Counted from the first letter of the stretch, positions 18,951 to 27,842 are shown. The stretch: DNA of 64,000 bases from an uncultured Christensenella sp. (GCA_964387705.1 CAYLWT010000003.1:2693-66692); one strand, 5' to 3'. The notes: generated from the letters alone by a model not told the origin. A program made the numbers and translations.

Positions 18951-20594
18951 CTACACCTCAAGGCCATATTTTGTTGTAAAAGAATAGAATTCTTCTTGAG
19001 TGATTTTGAATTTGTTGCAAATTTTATTTAATGTTGTATGTCTAGTGTCTTTCAATATATCCCATGCAAGATATGATGCTAAAATTTTTTCATCAATCTT
19101 ATCATTTTTAATTTTTCTTTCCAATCTTACAACAGGTTTTACAATGGTCAATTGAAAATTTGCAATGTCTGTTAAAATAAACTCTACTAATAAGAGAATC
19201 GCTTTATATAGGTTTAAATTATTAGTTTTTGTTACCAAATTGTTCGGTAAAATAATTTTTGAAAAAATATCCTCACGGACAACACACACTTGTTTTGTAC
19301 AATTTAATCCAGCTCGTTTCAATGCAATTCTATTTTTTAATTTGGTTTTTGACTGTCGGCCCAAAAGAACAAAATCAAAAAAATCATCAAGACAATTATC
19401 ATCAATCGAAGCAAGTTTTAGAAGCAATAAATTTGAAGTGTTGGTTTCTTGTTTTGCTATATAATAAAATAAGTTTTCATTTTCATTAAACTCTTTCAGA
19501 AGAATTTCTGGTGTTTGCACAAGCATTTCTTTAACCTTATTATCGACATTCAATTCTTCTCTATTTGGGAGATTAAATATGTACTTAAAATTATGCTTTT
19601 TGTTCGATCCGCAAAATTTCAAGTAGAAATCAAAAATATAAGCATCAAATGGATCAAGAAGTTTTAGGTCAAGAAGCCTACCTTTAATTTTTTCACCTTG
19701 TCCGCAGTTTATGCAGGCTATGCAATACAAAAAATCAAGTTCAGGCTCCGCATAACCACTTTCCACATAATCACGCATATATATCATGGCCAGTTCAGCC
19801 TCGCCAACCTGCGAAAAGGCAGCCCCTATCCTATATTTCTGTTCCAAATCTATATGTTCAAGATCTTGTAATTTTTTCTTAAATTTTTCACAATTTTCCT
19901 CATTTCCCAATGAAAATTCTATGAGCATTTGACTTGTCAAATCTTGTATAGAATCCTTGCCATATTTATCGATAATTTGCTTCGCTTTTTCAAGATCACC
20001 TGCAAAAAAATAGGCCATGACAAGTTCATTTCGGACATCATCATTTTGATAATTTGCAATTCCCTCATAATTTTTTATAGCCTCATCCAAGTTCCCTCTT
20101 GACATATTTTCGTGAGCAATAAGCAAATTGCGTTTCAAAATGTATTCATCATTGACAAGTTGCAATGTTGGTTTGCCTCTTTGAGTTTTATCAATTTCAT
20201 CAAACATTTCTTTGAATAATTTTGCTTGTTTGCTATTTTTGTTTTGATTTAAATAAACATTTGCATAAAATCTTGACACATCGTATTCGCCCAAAACAAA
20301 ATAGGACCTCGCAAGCATAGCATAAACATTGTCGGTAGGTAAATTGTCTGTTTTTTTAAGCACCTTATAACTATAAAAAATACCCATAGGTATCATTCTC
20401 AATCCACAATATGCCCCTGCACGAAGTGAATTTGCAAGATTTTTGCCTTCCTCATCAAGATTCATATGATCAGTCATTCGAAGATATCTTAAAGTTTTTT
20501 TGAAGTCCTGTTTCTCCTCAAGAGAATACTTTGCATGAAACAAATAAAATCTTGGGCTTTTGTTTATACTTATAATTTTCTTTTCTTCTTCCAT
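18951..20594 (-). CDS. hypothetical TPR-like helical-repeat protein (547 aa)
   Basis: Several TPR-like 34-mers by eye (AMLARSYFVLGEYDVSRFYANVYL, GNLDEAIKNYEGIANY, LVMAYFFAGDLEKAKQIIDKY, YRIGAAFSQVGEAELAMIYMRDYV). No enzymatic motif recognised. Confidence 0.6.
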   Translation of the reverse strand: MEEEKKIISINKSPRFYLFHAKYSLEEKQDFKKTLRYLRMTDHMNLDEEGKNLANSLRAGAYCGLRMIPMGIFYSYKVLKKTDNLPTDNVYAMLARSYFVLGEYDVSRFYANVYLNQNKNSKQAKLFKEMFDEIDKTQRGKPTLQLVNDEYILKRNLLIAHENMSRGNLDEAIKNYEGIANYQNDDVRNELVMAYFFAGDLEKAKQIIDKYGKDSIQDLTSQMLIEFSLGNEENCEKFKKKLQDLEHIDLEQKYRIGAAFSQVGEAELAMIYMRDYVESGYAEPELDFLYCIACINCGQGEKIKGRLLDLKLLDPFDAYIFDFYLKFCGSNKKHNFKYIFNLPNREELNVDNKVKEMLVQTPEILLKEFNENENLFYYIAKQETNTSNLLLLKLASIDDNCLDDFFDFVLLGRQSKTKLKNRIALKRAGLNCTKQVCVVREDIFSKIILPNNLVTKTNNLNLYKAILLLVEFILTDIANFQLTIVKPVVRLERKIKNDKIDEKILASYLAWDILKDTRHTTLNKICNKFKITQEEFYSFTTKYGLEV

Positions 20595-20699
20595 AATTAA
20601 ATTTTATTCTATCAGTTGTAAAAAAAATACAGAATAATGTTAAAAACTCTCCTATAATGCTATTTTATCAAAAATATTGTCATTTTGAAAGAGATTTTG

Positions 20700-22112
20700 T
20701 CACTCGGTGCAAACAAGTTTTTTAAGCCACAAATATGTGTTTATAAGACTTGCATATTCAACCCTTTCGCCATGCAAGTTTTCATCAATTACCTTCGGTG
20801 AAATGCAAACACATTCACACTTCTTGATTTTCTTTTGGAAAATTCCTAGTTCACTTGCGAATTGCCCTTTTTCTGTTTTGATATCTCCAAAGCCTACATA
20901 ACTTGATTTCAATGCATTGACAAGTGGCCCATTTTCGCTTACTTCAAAATGACTAATTGTGGAAACGATATTTAAATCTACATCAAATTTATCGGATAAA
21001 GATTTAAGTTTATTTTCTTTAATATCCAAATCTTTTTTATCATTTGACAACACTTGAAGATAGATTTCTCCTCGATTTGGTTCAAAATTAAGCACTTTTG
21101 CGCCTATTTCTTGTTTTAACGTATGAAGTTCAAATATAAAATTTATAAAATTTTCTGTGTCATCAAGCACTAAGAAGTTATCAGCCTGCCTTGCACAATC
21201 AATTTTTAATCCAGCAAAATTTCCTTTTTGCAAGAGGTATTCTCCAAAAAGTTTAGATTTTACTTTAAGTTCATCACAATAAGTTGAAAAAACACATTCA
21301 ATTTTATTTGTGTCAATATAGTTTATTGAGTTTATCAAAAATTTATCTTTGCTCAAAAATTTTGCAAGCGAAAAAAGAGATGAAAAACCTTCGTTGCCAT
21401 CATCAACAATTCTTCTTTGTAAAAAAATATTTCTCTTTATTTTTGGTTGGCAAGAAATTTTAAGTTTAAATGTTTTGAACCCAGCCTCTTTATCAACAAA
21501 AATTTTGTTCATTTTGAATTTACAAAATACAAGCGAACTATCAAAATTTGAGGTAAATATCCTATCAAATTCCCCACCATCAATGGCAATAAAGTTTTGG
21601 CAATTTATTTTTGAAATATCAAGCATATTGGCCCCAACAAATTTGCCATCATCTCTTGGTGTAAAAATGATTTTAAATGGCACTTTTGCCTCGTTTTCAA
21701 TTAAATTTAGTGCCAAGGAGACTTTACAAAGCGTTGCCAAACGTGGAGTTGTATCCTCCAAAACAAGATATTTTGAATGCGAATCTATCGACTTCTGCGA
21801 AAAATTAGTTTCTCTTTTTTCACCGAGATTTAGAATGAGATTTTGTTTGTGCTTATGCAAACCCTTGTTTTCAAAAACTTTCAAATTTCTTCCCCAATTC
21901 AACGAACAAAGTGGAATAATAATCCCCACTTCTTCAAGGTCAGAATCCACTTTATTGTCAGTTTTTGGGCAACAAGACACAATGCAGTTGTCAAACTGAT
22001 CTTGATAGACATCACAACCCAAACTTTTAGCCTTTTTTGATATAATGTCAACCAATGCATCATTGGTTAAATTGTGAATATTTACAAGTTTTTCCAAAGT
22101 TGACAAAATCAT
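20700..22112 (-). CDS. PepD-like (M20C aminoacyl-histidine dipeptidase family) protein with substituted active-site motifs
   Basis: ~470 aa. Blocks AGFKTFKLKI and ELGIFQKK...CISPKVIDENLHGERVEY resemble PepD; canonical HxD, GADNG and EE motifs not seen. Start MILSTLEKL at 22112 is preceded by GGAGGG (the ORF-track M1 contains the RBS). Confidence 0.5.
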   Translation of the reverse strand: MILSTLEKLVNIHNLTNDALVDIISKKAKSLGCDVYQDQFDNCIVSCCPKTDNKVDSDLEEVGIIIPLCSLNWGRNLKVFENKGLHKHKQNLILNLGEKRETNFSQKSIDSHSKYLVLEDTTPRLATLCKVSLALNLIENEAKVPFKIIFTPRDDGKFVGANMLDISKINCQNFIAIDGGEFDRIFTSNFDSSLVFCKFKMNKIFVDKEAGFKTFKLKISCQPKIKRNIFLQRRIVDDGNEGFSSLFSLAKFLSKDKFLINSINYIDTNKIECVFSTYCDELKVKSKLFGEYLLQKGNFAGLKIDCARQADNFLVLDDTENFINFIFELHTLKQEIGAKVLNFEPNRGEIYLQVLSNDKKDLDIKENKLKSLSDKFDVDLNIVSTISHFEVSENGPLVNALKSSYVGFGDIKTEKGQFASELGIFQKKIKKCECVCISPKVIDENLHGERVEYASLINTYLWLKKLVCTE

Positions 22113-22203
22113 TTTTCCCTCCAAATTTTTCTTTATATATATTTTGCAACATTTTGCTTTAAAATGCTAATGAATTTACACACTTTTTAAAATATTTTTG
22201 CAA

Positions 22204-22230
22204 CAAAAAAAGGACAAGTTTGTCTTGTCC
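22204..22230 (-). terminator. intrinsic terminator after rpmF
   Basis: Minus strand GGACAAG-acaaa-CUUGUCC followed by UUUUUUU. Confidence 0.75.
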
Positions 22231-22251
22231 GTTGAACAAAAGAAATTGAAA

Positions 22252-22449
22252 TTACTTGCTTTCTTTTTCTTTAGCCTTTTTTGCAACAACTTCCTTGCCG
22301 TCATAATATCCACATTCTGAACATACAGAATGAGCACGAATAACTGCTTTGCAGTGTGGACATTCTACAAGTGTTGGGGCTGTTGCTGTCCAATTTGCCT
22401 TTCTTTTGTCACGTCTTGATTTGCTAACTTTAACTTTTGGAACTGCCAT
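22252..22449 (-). CDS. rpmF: 50S ribosomal protein L32
   Basis: 65 aa, MAVPKVKVSKSRRDKRKANW...CPHCK...CSECGYY (zinc-ribbon form). Confidence 0.95.
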   Translation of the reverse strand: MAVPKVKVSKSRRDKRKANWTATAPTLVECPHCKAVIRAHSVCSECGYYDGKEVVAKKAKEKESK

Positions 22450-22454
22450 TTTTT

Positions 22455-22973
22455 CTATCTCCTATTTTTTAATTTATCAAACGGGTTATCAAGTCTTTCT
22501 TCCTCTTGCTGAATTTGCTCACAATTGCAAGTGTAGTAGTTTTTGTTTTTGCCACAAACTTGGCACAAACCCTTGCAATTTTTTTTGCATAGCATTTTGG
22601 TCGGAAGGCTTAGAAGCAAGTTATTTGCAACAACTTCATCAATTCTCACCGATGTTCCATTGATAATTGAATAACTTTCGTCATCATGAACATTATATTG
22701 CTCCTCAAAAGTTTCTTCAACCGGGAAATTGAGACTTGTTTCAAACTCCTCACCGCATTTGTCGCACACACAAAGCAAACGGACAGAGGCTATTGCCACA
22801 AGATGCAACTGTTCATCAAGATATTCAAAATATCCTTTAATCACTGCATCTGAAATGAACCGGTCCCCCTTGCCAGAAATGAGTTCCTGGTCTAAAGGCA
22901 ACGACACTTCAAAATCTATTTTTTGTCCTTCTTGACTTTTTGCTTTTAAAATGTTCAACAACATAGCATTCAT
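22455..22973 (-). CDS. yceD: YceD/DUF177 family protein (23S rRNA accumulation protein); start uncertain (ATG 22973 or 22964)
   Basis: Cys-rich C-terminal half (CVCDKCGEEF..., CKKNCKGLCQVCGKNKN) and conserved position upstream of rpmF. The ORF-track TTG start overlaps a consensus promoter. Confidence 0.8.
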   Translation of the reverse strand: MNAMLLNILKAKSQEGQKIDFEVSLPLDQELISGKGDRFISDAVIKGYFEYLDEQLHLVAIASVRLLCVCDKCGEEFETSLNFPVEETFEEQYNVHDDESYSIINGTSVRIDEVVANNLLLSLPTKMLCKKNCKGLCQVCGKNKNYYTCNCEQIQQEEERLDNPFDKLKNRR

Positions 22974-23002
22974 ATTATATTGCCTTTTTTGCAACTTGTC
23001 AA
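22974..23002 (-). promoter_or_regulatory. consensus sigma70 promoter (TTGACA-17-TATAAT) abutting the yceD ATG
   Basis: Minus strand TTGACA 23002-22997, 17-nt spacer, TATAAT 22979-22974, immediately followed by ATG 22973-22971. Confidence 0.6.
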
Positions 23003-23141
23003 TGTTTTTGTTTACATTTTATTTTTTTTGTTTATATTTTTATTTTTTCAATAAAATACATAAAATTTTCATACAATATTTTTCGCTAATGGCCCCTTCT
23101 GGTTGAAAAATATAGAATTTTCTTTAAATAATCAAATAAAT

Positions 23142-23170
23142 TTGACTTTTTAGCAAAAACATTATAGAAT
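23142..23170 (+). promoter_or_regulatory. promoter of tRNA-Leu (TTGACT-17-TAGAAT)
   Basis: TTGACT 23142-23147, 17-nt spacer, TAGAAT 23165-23170. The mature tRNA 5' end lies 10 nt downstream. Confidence 0.55.
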
Positions 23171-23179
23171 ATTGTATCC

Positions 23180-23264
23180 GTGGATATGGTGAAATTGGCA
23201 AACACGCTAGATTCAGGTTCTAGTGAGGAAACTCTTGCAGGTTCAAATCCTGTTATCCACACCA
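23180..23264 (+). tRNA. tRNA-Leu (anticodon CAG), class II with long variable arm, CCA encoded
   Basis: Hand-folded: acceptor GTGGATA/TATCCAC; D arm GTG-AAATTGGCAAA-CAC; anticodon arm CTAGA-TTCAGGT-TCTAG (C34 A35 G36, G37); variable arm GAG-gaaa-CTC; T arm GCAGG-TTCAAAT-CCTGT; discriminator A + CCA. Confidence 0.9.
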
Positions 23265-23266
23265 AA

Positions 23267-23292
23267 CAAAAAAGCCCAATTGGGCTTTTTTA
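23267..23292. terminator. bidirectional terminator shared by tRNA-Leu (+) and lysS (-)
   Basis: AAAAAAGCCCAATTGGGCTTTTTT, a palindromic hairpin flanked by an A-run and a T-run. Confidence 0.7.
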
Positions 23293-23301
23293 TTATCTTT
23301 T

Positions 23302-24774
23302 TTACTTCATAAGTGGGAACAAAACAACATCTCGAACGGATTCTTGATTTGTAAGCAAGCACATAAGCCTGTCTACACCAAAACCAAGACCAGAAATTGG
23401 TGGCATTCCATGTTCCATTGCATTAAGGAAATCTTCATCGAGTTCCATTGCTTCGTCATCACCCTCGGTCCTCGCTTTTGCTTGTTCCTCAAGTGTTTGA
23501 CGTTGAACAATAGGATCAACAAGTTCAGAATAGGCTTTGCATATTTCGTCTCCACAAACCAAAACCTGAAAAAGGTCAATCCTCCTTACATCTTGGTCAT
23601 TTCTTCTTGCAAGTGGAACAAGACATGCTGGATAATTGAAAAGCACCGTTGGTTGAATAATATTTTCTCTAATTTTTCTTTTATATACAAAGTCGATAAC
23701 TCCACCAACGGTTTTGCAAGCATCAAAATCCTCCATTGAGAATAGACCGGTTTTTACAATATCTTCTTTAAGCTTTTGAGCGTCGGTGTATTCAAGAATA
23801 TTAAGTCCTAAAATCTCATTTACACGTTCAGTGTAGTTTATCCTCTCAAAATCCTTTGAAAAATCCAGTGTATGTCCCTTGAATTCAAGCTTTAAATCTT
23901 CACTGCAAATGGTTCGTATTGCTTCTCTAATGAATTTTGTGAAGAATTGAATGTTGTCTTCAAAATTCCAATAAGCAGCATACCATTCAACCATCGTAAA
24001 CTCTTGCAAATGGCTTGGGTCCATACCTTCGTTTCTAAAACATTTTGCCACTTCAAAAACCCTATCAAAACCACCTGCAATGACGTGCTTAAGATAAACT
24101 TCTGGAGCAATTCTGAGGTTACAAATTTTGTTTAAGGCATTGTGTTTTGTAAAAAAGGGTTTGGCACTTGCACCACATACCGCACTTTGCAAAATTGGGG
24201 TCTCAACTTCCAAAAATCCATTTTCATTTAGGAAATTCCTAAGAAAAGACAAAAATTTGCTACGTTTTAAGAAAACTTGCCTACTTTGTTCATTTGACAC
24301 CAAATCCATACAGCGTTCTCTATATCTTTGATCTTGATTAGTAAGCCCATGAAATTTTTCTGGTAATGGCAATATTGCCTTTGATAAAAGTTCAAAGCTT
24401 GCGACACGCACTGTTTTTTCACCAGTGTGAGTGGTATAAAGTTCCCCCTCAATGCCAACAAAGTCTCCAACATCAACCATTGTTTTAAAGAAAGCATATT
24501 TTTCTTCATCGACCTCATTTCTACTGATGCTTGCTTGAAGCCTTGCTTCCACATCTTCAAGCGCAAAAAAACTGAGTTTGCCCATAATGCGTCTAAATGT
24601 CATTCTTCCACAAACTCTAACTTTTGTTCCATCTGGCAAAGATTTTGCTTCAACAAGTTTGTGAGTTCTGTCAAACTTTTCTGCATAAACAATCTTGCCT
24701 TCTTCTTTAAGTTTTTTAATTTTACTCTTTCTAATATCTATTTCGCTTGATAAATTTTGTGTATTGTTGTCCAT
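23302..24774 (-). CDS. lysS: lysine--tRNA ligase (class II)
   Basis: 490 aa. OB-fold N-terminus; class II motifs FRNEGMD and GLGFGVDRLMCLL. Confidence 0.95.
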   Translation of the reverse strand: MDNNTQNLSSEIDIRKSKIKKLKEEGKIVYAEKFDRTHKLVEAKSLPDGTKVRVCGRMTFRRIMGKLSFFALEDVEARLQASISRNEVDEEKYAFFKTMVDVGDFVGIEGELYTTHTGEKTVRVASFELLSKAILPLPEKFHGLTNQDQRYRERCMDLVSNEQSRQVFLKRSKFLSFLRNFLNENGFLEVETPILQSAVCGASAKPFFTKHNALNKICNLRIAPEVYLKHVIAGGFDRVFEVAKCFRNEGMDPSHLQEFTMVEWYAAYWNFEDNIQFFTKFIREAIRTICSEDLKLEFKGHTLDFSKDFERINYTERVNEILGLNILEYTDAQKLKEDIVKTGLFSMEDFDACKTVGGVIDFVYKRKIRENIIQPTVLFNYPACLVPLARRNDQDVRRIDLFQVLVCGDEICKAYSELVDPIVQRQTLEEQAKARTEGDDEAMELDEDFLNAMEHGMPPISGLGFGVDRLMCLLTNQESVRDVVLFPLMK

Positions 24775-24798
24775 AAAAAACCTTCTGTTGCATTAAAT

Positions 24799-25173
24799 TT
24801 ATTTGTTTTCCGATGATTTTTTGTCAATTTTTTGTTTTGCTTCTTCCTCATCCATAAGTTTGTTGTAAACTTCAAAAACTTTGTCGATAATATCAATATC
24901 TCCAACAAGTTCAAGGTATTCGCTGTGCTCTCCAGTTTCCGCATCTTCCTCGGTTTCCACAATTTCAAAAGCCAAGGCTTCATCTTCGCCAACTCCTTCA
25001 ATTTCTTTCATAGGCTTCAAAATTGCATAAATTTTTTCTTCAAGTGGGATAAGCGCAATTTGTTCAAATTTAACCTCCTCCCCTTTTTCATTAAAAAGAG
25101 AAATTGGATCTGTGTTGTCCTCATCAAAAAGACAATCAATTGGGCTTTTTACTTCATTTTCTTTTTCGTTCAT
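24799..25173 (-). CDS. DUF1292 family protein
   Basis: 124 aa, acidic; LFNEKGEEVKFEQIALIPLEEKIYAILKP pattern. Conserved position after ruvX, as in other Firmicutes. Confidence 0.75.
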   Translation of the reverse strand: MNEKENEVKSPIDCLFDEDNTDPISLFNEKGEEVKFEQIALIPLEEKIYAILKPMKEIEGVGEDEALAFEIVETEEDAETGEHSEYLELVGDIDIIDKVFEVYNKLMDEEEAKQKIDKKSSENK

Positions 25174-25187
25174 TTTAATTCTCCTTT

Positions 25188-25601
25188 TTAAGACTTTGAG
25201 TCCAAATAAGTTTGCAAAATTATTGTAGCGGAAATTTTGTCAATATATTTTTTTCTATCTTGCCACTTTACGTGAGCCTCCCTCAGGATATCTTCTGCCT
25301 CAACACTTGAAAGTCTCTCGTCCACATAGGTTATCGGAATTCCTGAAGTTTCTTTCAATTTTTCTCCAAAAGTCCTTGTAGCTTCCGCCCTATCACCCTC
25401 TGTGCCATCCATATTAAGTGGAAGTCCCATAATAATTTCATCCACATTTTGTTCATGGGCAAGATTTGAAAGATAATTTAAATCTTGCTCGACATTTTTT
25501 CTGTAATAAGTTTCATAACCATTGGCTATCATACCCAATAGATCGCTGAATGCGACCCCTATGCGAGCCTCACCATAGTCAAGCGCCATCTTCCGATTCA
25601 A
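25188..25601 (-). CDS. ruvX: putative pre-16S rRNA nuclease / Holliday-junction resolvase-like YqgF (RuvX)
   Basis: 137 aa, MALDYGEARIGVAFSD motif. The TTG at 25601 has GGGGG 5 nt upstream; ATG 25589 is the alternative start. Confidence 0.88.
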   Translation of the reverse strand: MNRKMALDYGEARIGVAFSDLLGMIANGYETYYRKNVEQDLNYLSNLAHEQNVDEIIMGLPLNMDGTEGDRAEATRTFGEKLKETSGIPITYVDERLSSVEAEDILREAHVKWQDRKKYIDKISATIILQTYLDSKS

Positions 25602-25673
25602 AGTTTTCCCCCAATAATTTTAAGACAAGAGTATTTTACCACAAATTGCAAAAAATTAAAAGCATTTTTACAT

Positions 25674-25704
25674 AAAAAAAGTCAGCAACCCGCACTGACT
25701 TTTT
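25674..25704 (-). terminator. intrinsic terminator after tsf
   Basis: Minus strand AGUCAG-ugcggguug-CUGACU followed by UUUUUUU. Confidence 0.7.
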
Positions 25705-25712
25705 AAATTTAA

Positions 25713-26360
25713 TTATTTGCCCATTTGATTCATAACTTCTTCTACAAAATTGTCTTGTCTTTTTTCAAGGCCCTCACCCATTTCATAGCGAACAAATCTT
25801 CTAATTGTGATTTTTTCACCAATTTTGAGTGTTGCATCTGTTATAAGGTCACTAATTGTTTTTGATGGGTCTTTAACAAAATCTTGTTCCATAAGACAAA
25901 CATCTTTGTAATATTTTTTGATTCGTCCTTGAACCATTTTTTCAGCAATTTCCTTTGGTTTGCCTTCGTTTTGAGCTTGTGCAACAAGAATCTCCTTTTC
26001 CTTTTCAACATTTTCTGCTGGAACTTCTTCAATTCTAACATATTCTGGTCTTGCTGCTGCGATTTGCATAGCAATATCTTTGCACAAGATTTGGAAAGGT
26101 TCGCTTTTTGCTACAAAGTCAGTTTCGCAATTTACTTCGAGCAAAACCCCAATTTTTCCACCCATATGGATATAACTTGTAACAAGTCCTTCTGCGGCGA
26201 TTCTCGATGCCTTCTTTGCAACAGAGGCAATACCCTTTTCTCTAAGATATGCCACTGCCTTTTCCATATTACCATTGCTTTCATCAAGTGCTCTTTTGCA
26301 ATCTTGCACTCCTGCACCTGTTTTTGCTCTAAGTTCTTTAATATCGTTTGCGTTGATCAT
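25713..26360 (-). CDS. tsf: translation elongation factor Ts (short form)
   Basis: 215 aa, [37 protein letters not shown] (UBA-like N-terminus). Confidence 0.95.
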   Translation of the reverse strand: MINANDIKELRAKTGAGVQDCKRALDESNGNMEKAVAYLREKGIASVAKKASRIAAEGLVTSYIHMGGKIGVLLEVNCETDFVAKSEPFQILCKDIAMQIAAARPEYVRIEEVPAENVEKEKEILVAQAQNEGKPKEIAEKMVQGRIKKYYKDVCLMEQDFVKDPSKTISDLITDATLKIGEKITIRRFVRYEMGEGLEKRQDNFVEEVMNQMGK

Positions 26361-26395
26361 TTTAATTTCTCCCTTTTTTAGGTTTTTATGGTCAT

Positions 26396-27184
26396 TTATT
26401 CCGCTTTTGGAGTGTCTTGCACTGCCATTGCCTCTGCCATATTTACTTCTTCACCTGCTTCTTCCATTTGAGCTGCTTTTTCAGCTTCAAGTCTTGGTGA
26501 AACGCCTTCTTTTGCTTCGATGACAGCATCAGCCATAGCACTAACAATAAGTTTTACAGATCTGATTGCATCATCATTTGCTGGGATTGGGTAGTCAACA
26601 TCCTCTGGATTGCAATTTGTATCAACAATGCCCACAATTGGAATATTGAGAAGTTTTGCTTCTTTGACTGCAATATGCTCTTTCTTTGGGTCAACAACAA
26701 AGAGTGCTCCTGGCAATTCTGGCATATCTTTTATACCACCAAGGTTTTTCTCAAGTTTATCCTTTTCTGCTCTAAGTTTTGCGACTTCTTTTTTTGGAAG
26801 AAGGTCAAATTCTCCCATTTCTTCCATTTGTGAAAGTTTGTTAAGTCGTGCAATTCTTGCTCTAATTGTTTTGAAATTTGTAAGTGTTCCGCCAAGCCAA
26901 CGGTTTACAATGTAATACATTCCGCAACGAGTTGCTTCTTGTTCAATTGCCTCTTGTGCTTGTTTTTTTGTGCCAACGAAAAGAATATTCTTTCCACTTG
27001 CGACCATATCTCTTATAAAGAAATATGCATTGTCACAGCACACAGAAGTATCTTCAAGGTTGATGATATGAATATCATTTCTTGTTGTAAAAATATACTT
27101 CTTCATTTTTGGGTTCCACTTATTAGACTGATGTCCAAAGTGAACGCCTGCTTCTAGTAGTTGTTTCATTGAAATAACTGGCAT
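26396..27184 (-). CDS. rpsB: 30S ribosomal protein S2
   Basis: 262 aa, [27 protein letters not shown]. Confidence 0.96.
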   Translation of the reverse strand: MPVISMKQLLEAGVHFGHQSNKWNPKMKKYIFTTRNDIHIINLEDTSVCCDNAYFFIRDMVASGKNILFVGTKKQAQEAIEQEATRCGMYYIVNRWLGGTLTNFKTIRARIARLNKLSQMEEMGEFDLLPKKEVAKLRAEKDKLEKNLGGIKDMPELPGALFVVDPKKEHIAVKEAKLLNIPIVGIVDTNCNPEDVDYPIPANDDAIRSVKLIVSAMADAVIEAKEGVSPRLEAEKAAQMEEAGEEVNMAEAMAVQDTPKAE

Positions 27185-27304
27185 AATATTTTCTCCTTTT
27201 TCTTGTTAATCCTCCCCGAACGAGCAAAAGTCGGGTTAATCCTTTTGCATTACCCACGTTGTGGGACAAGAAAATTCAATTCGGGTGTGAATTTAAACGC
27301 ACAA

Positions 27305-27333
27305 ATTATATCACACAAAAAAAAGTTATGCAA
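27305..27333 (-). promoter_or_regulatory. promoter of rpsB-tsf (TTGCAT-17-TATAAT), giving a ~114-nt leader
   Basis: Minus strand TTGCAT 27333-27328, 17-nt spacer, TATAAT 27310-27305. Confidence 0.5.
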
Positions 27334-27391
27334 TAGTTTTTACACAACTTTTTTATAAAATAGTATATTATTTAAATTCAAAATTCTACAA

Positions 27392-27829
27392 TCAAACAAA
27401 CAAGTTTTTGTTCTCAATAAATTGTCTTTGTTCGAGGTCTTTTTGCATTTTTATGGCGAGTTGAAGTTGTTTTTTTCTATAATTCTTAACAGCTTCTTTA
27501 ACTGCTTTTTCTACCATAATTGGGCATTCCTCCTTTCCTGCAGGAAGCCCACCCAAAACATCCACAATATCCTTGTAAGAAATATTTGTTACGTCATCAA
27601 GGTTTTGTCCTTCAATAAGTTTGCAGGCGATTTCGCTTGAAGCAATAGCCCCAACACAGCCGAAAGTTTTGAATTTTGCGCCAACAACAATATCGTTTTC
27701 AACTTTAACATATATCTTGAAAATTTCTGAGCCGTCTGCCGATTTACAAAGGCCAATCCCATTTGAGCCTTTGAGCATTCCGCTATGGGTTGGATTTTCA
27801 AATATTTCTAGCACCTTTTCACTATACAT
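27392..27829 (-). CDS. nifU: NifU/IscU-type Fe-S cluster scaffold protein (non-canonical first ligand motif)
   Basis: 145 aa. MYSEKVLEIFENP, FKTFGCVGAIASS and EECPIMVEKAV align to IscU blocks. Directly downstream of nifS. Confidence 0.85.
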   Translation of the reverse strand: MYSEKVLEIFENPTHSGMLKGSNGIGLCKSADGSEIFKIYVKVENDIVVGAKFKTFGCVGAIASSEIACKLIEGQNLDDVTNISYKDIVDVLGGLPAGKEECPIMVEKAVKEAVKNYRKKQLQLAIKMQKDLEQRQFIENKNLFV

Positions 27830-27842
27830 TCATCTTTCCCCC

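Noticed and set aside
21349-21999. 216-aa plus-strand ORF antisense to the PepD-like gene
   Set aside because: It has no RBS or promoter and its composition mirrors the sense gene. The sense frame has recognisable family blocks.
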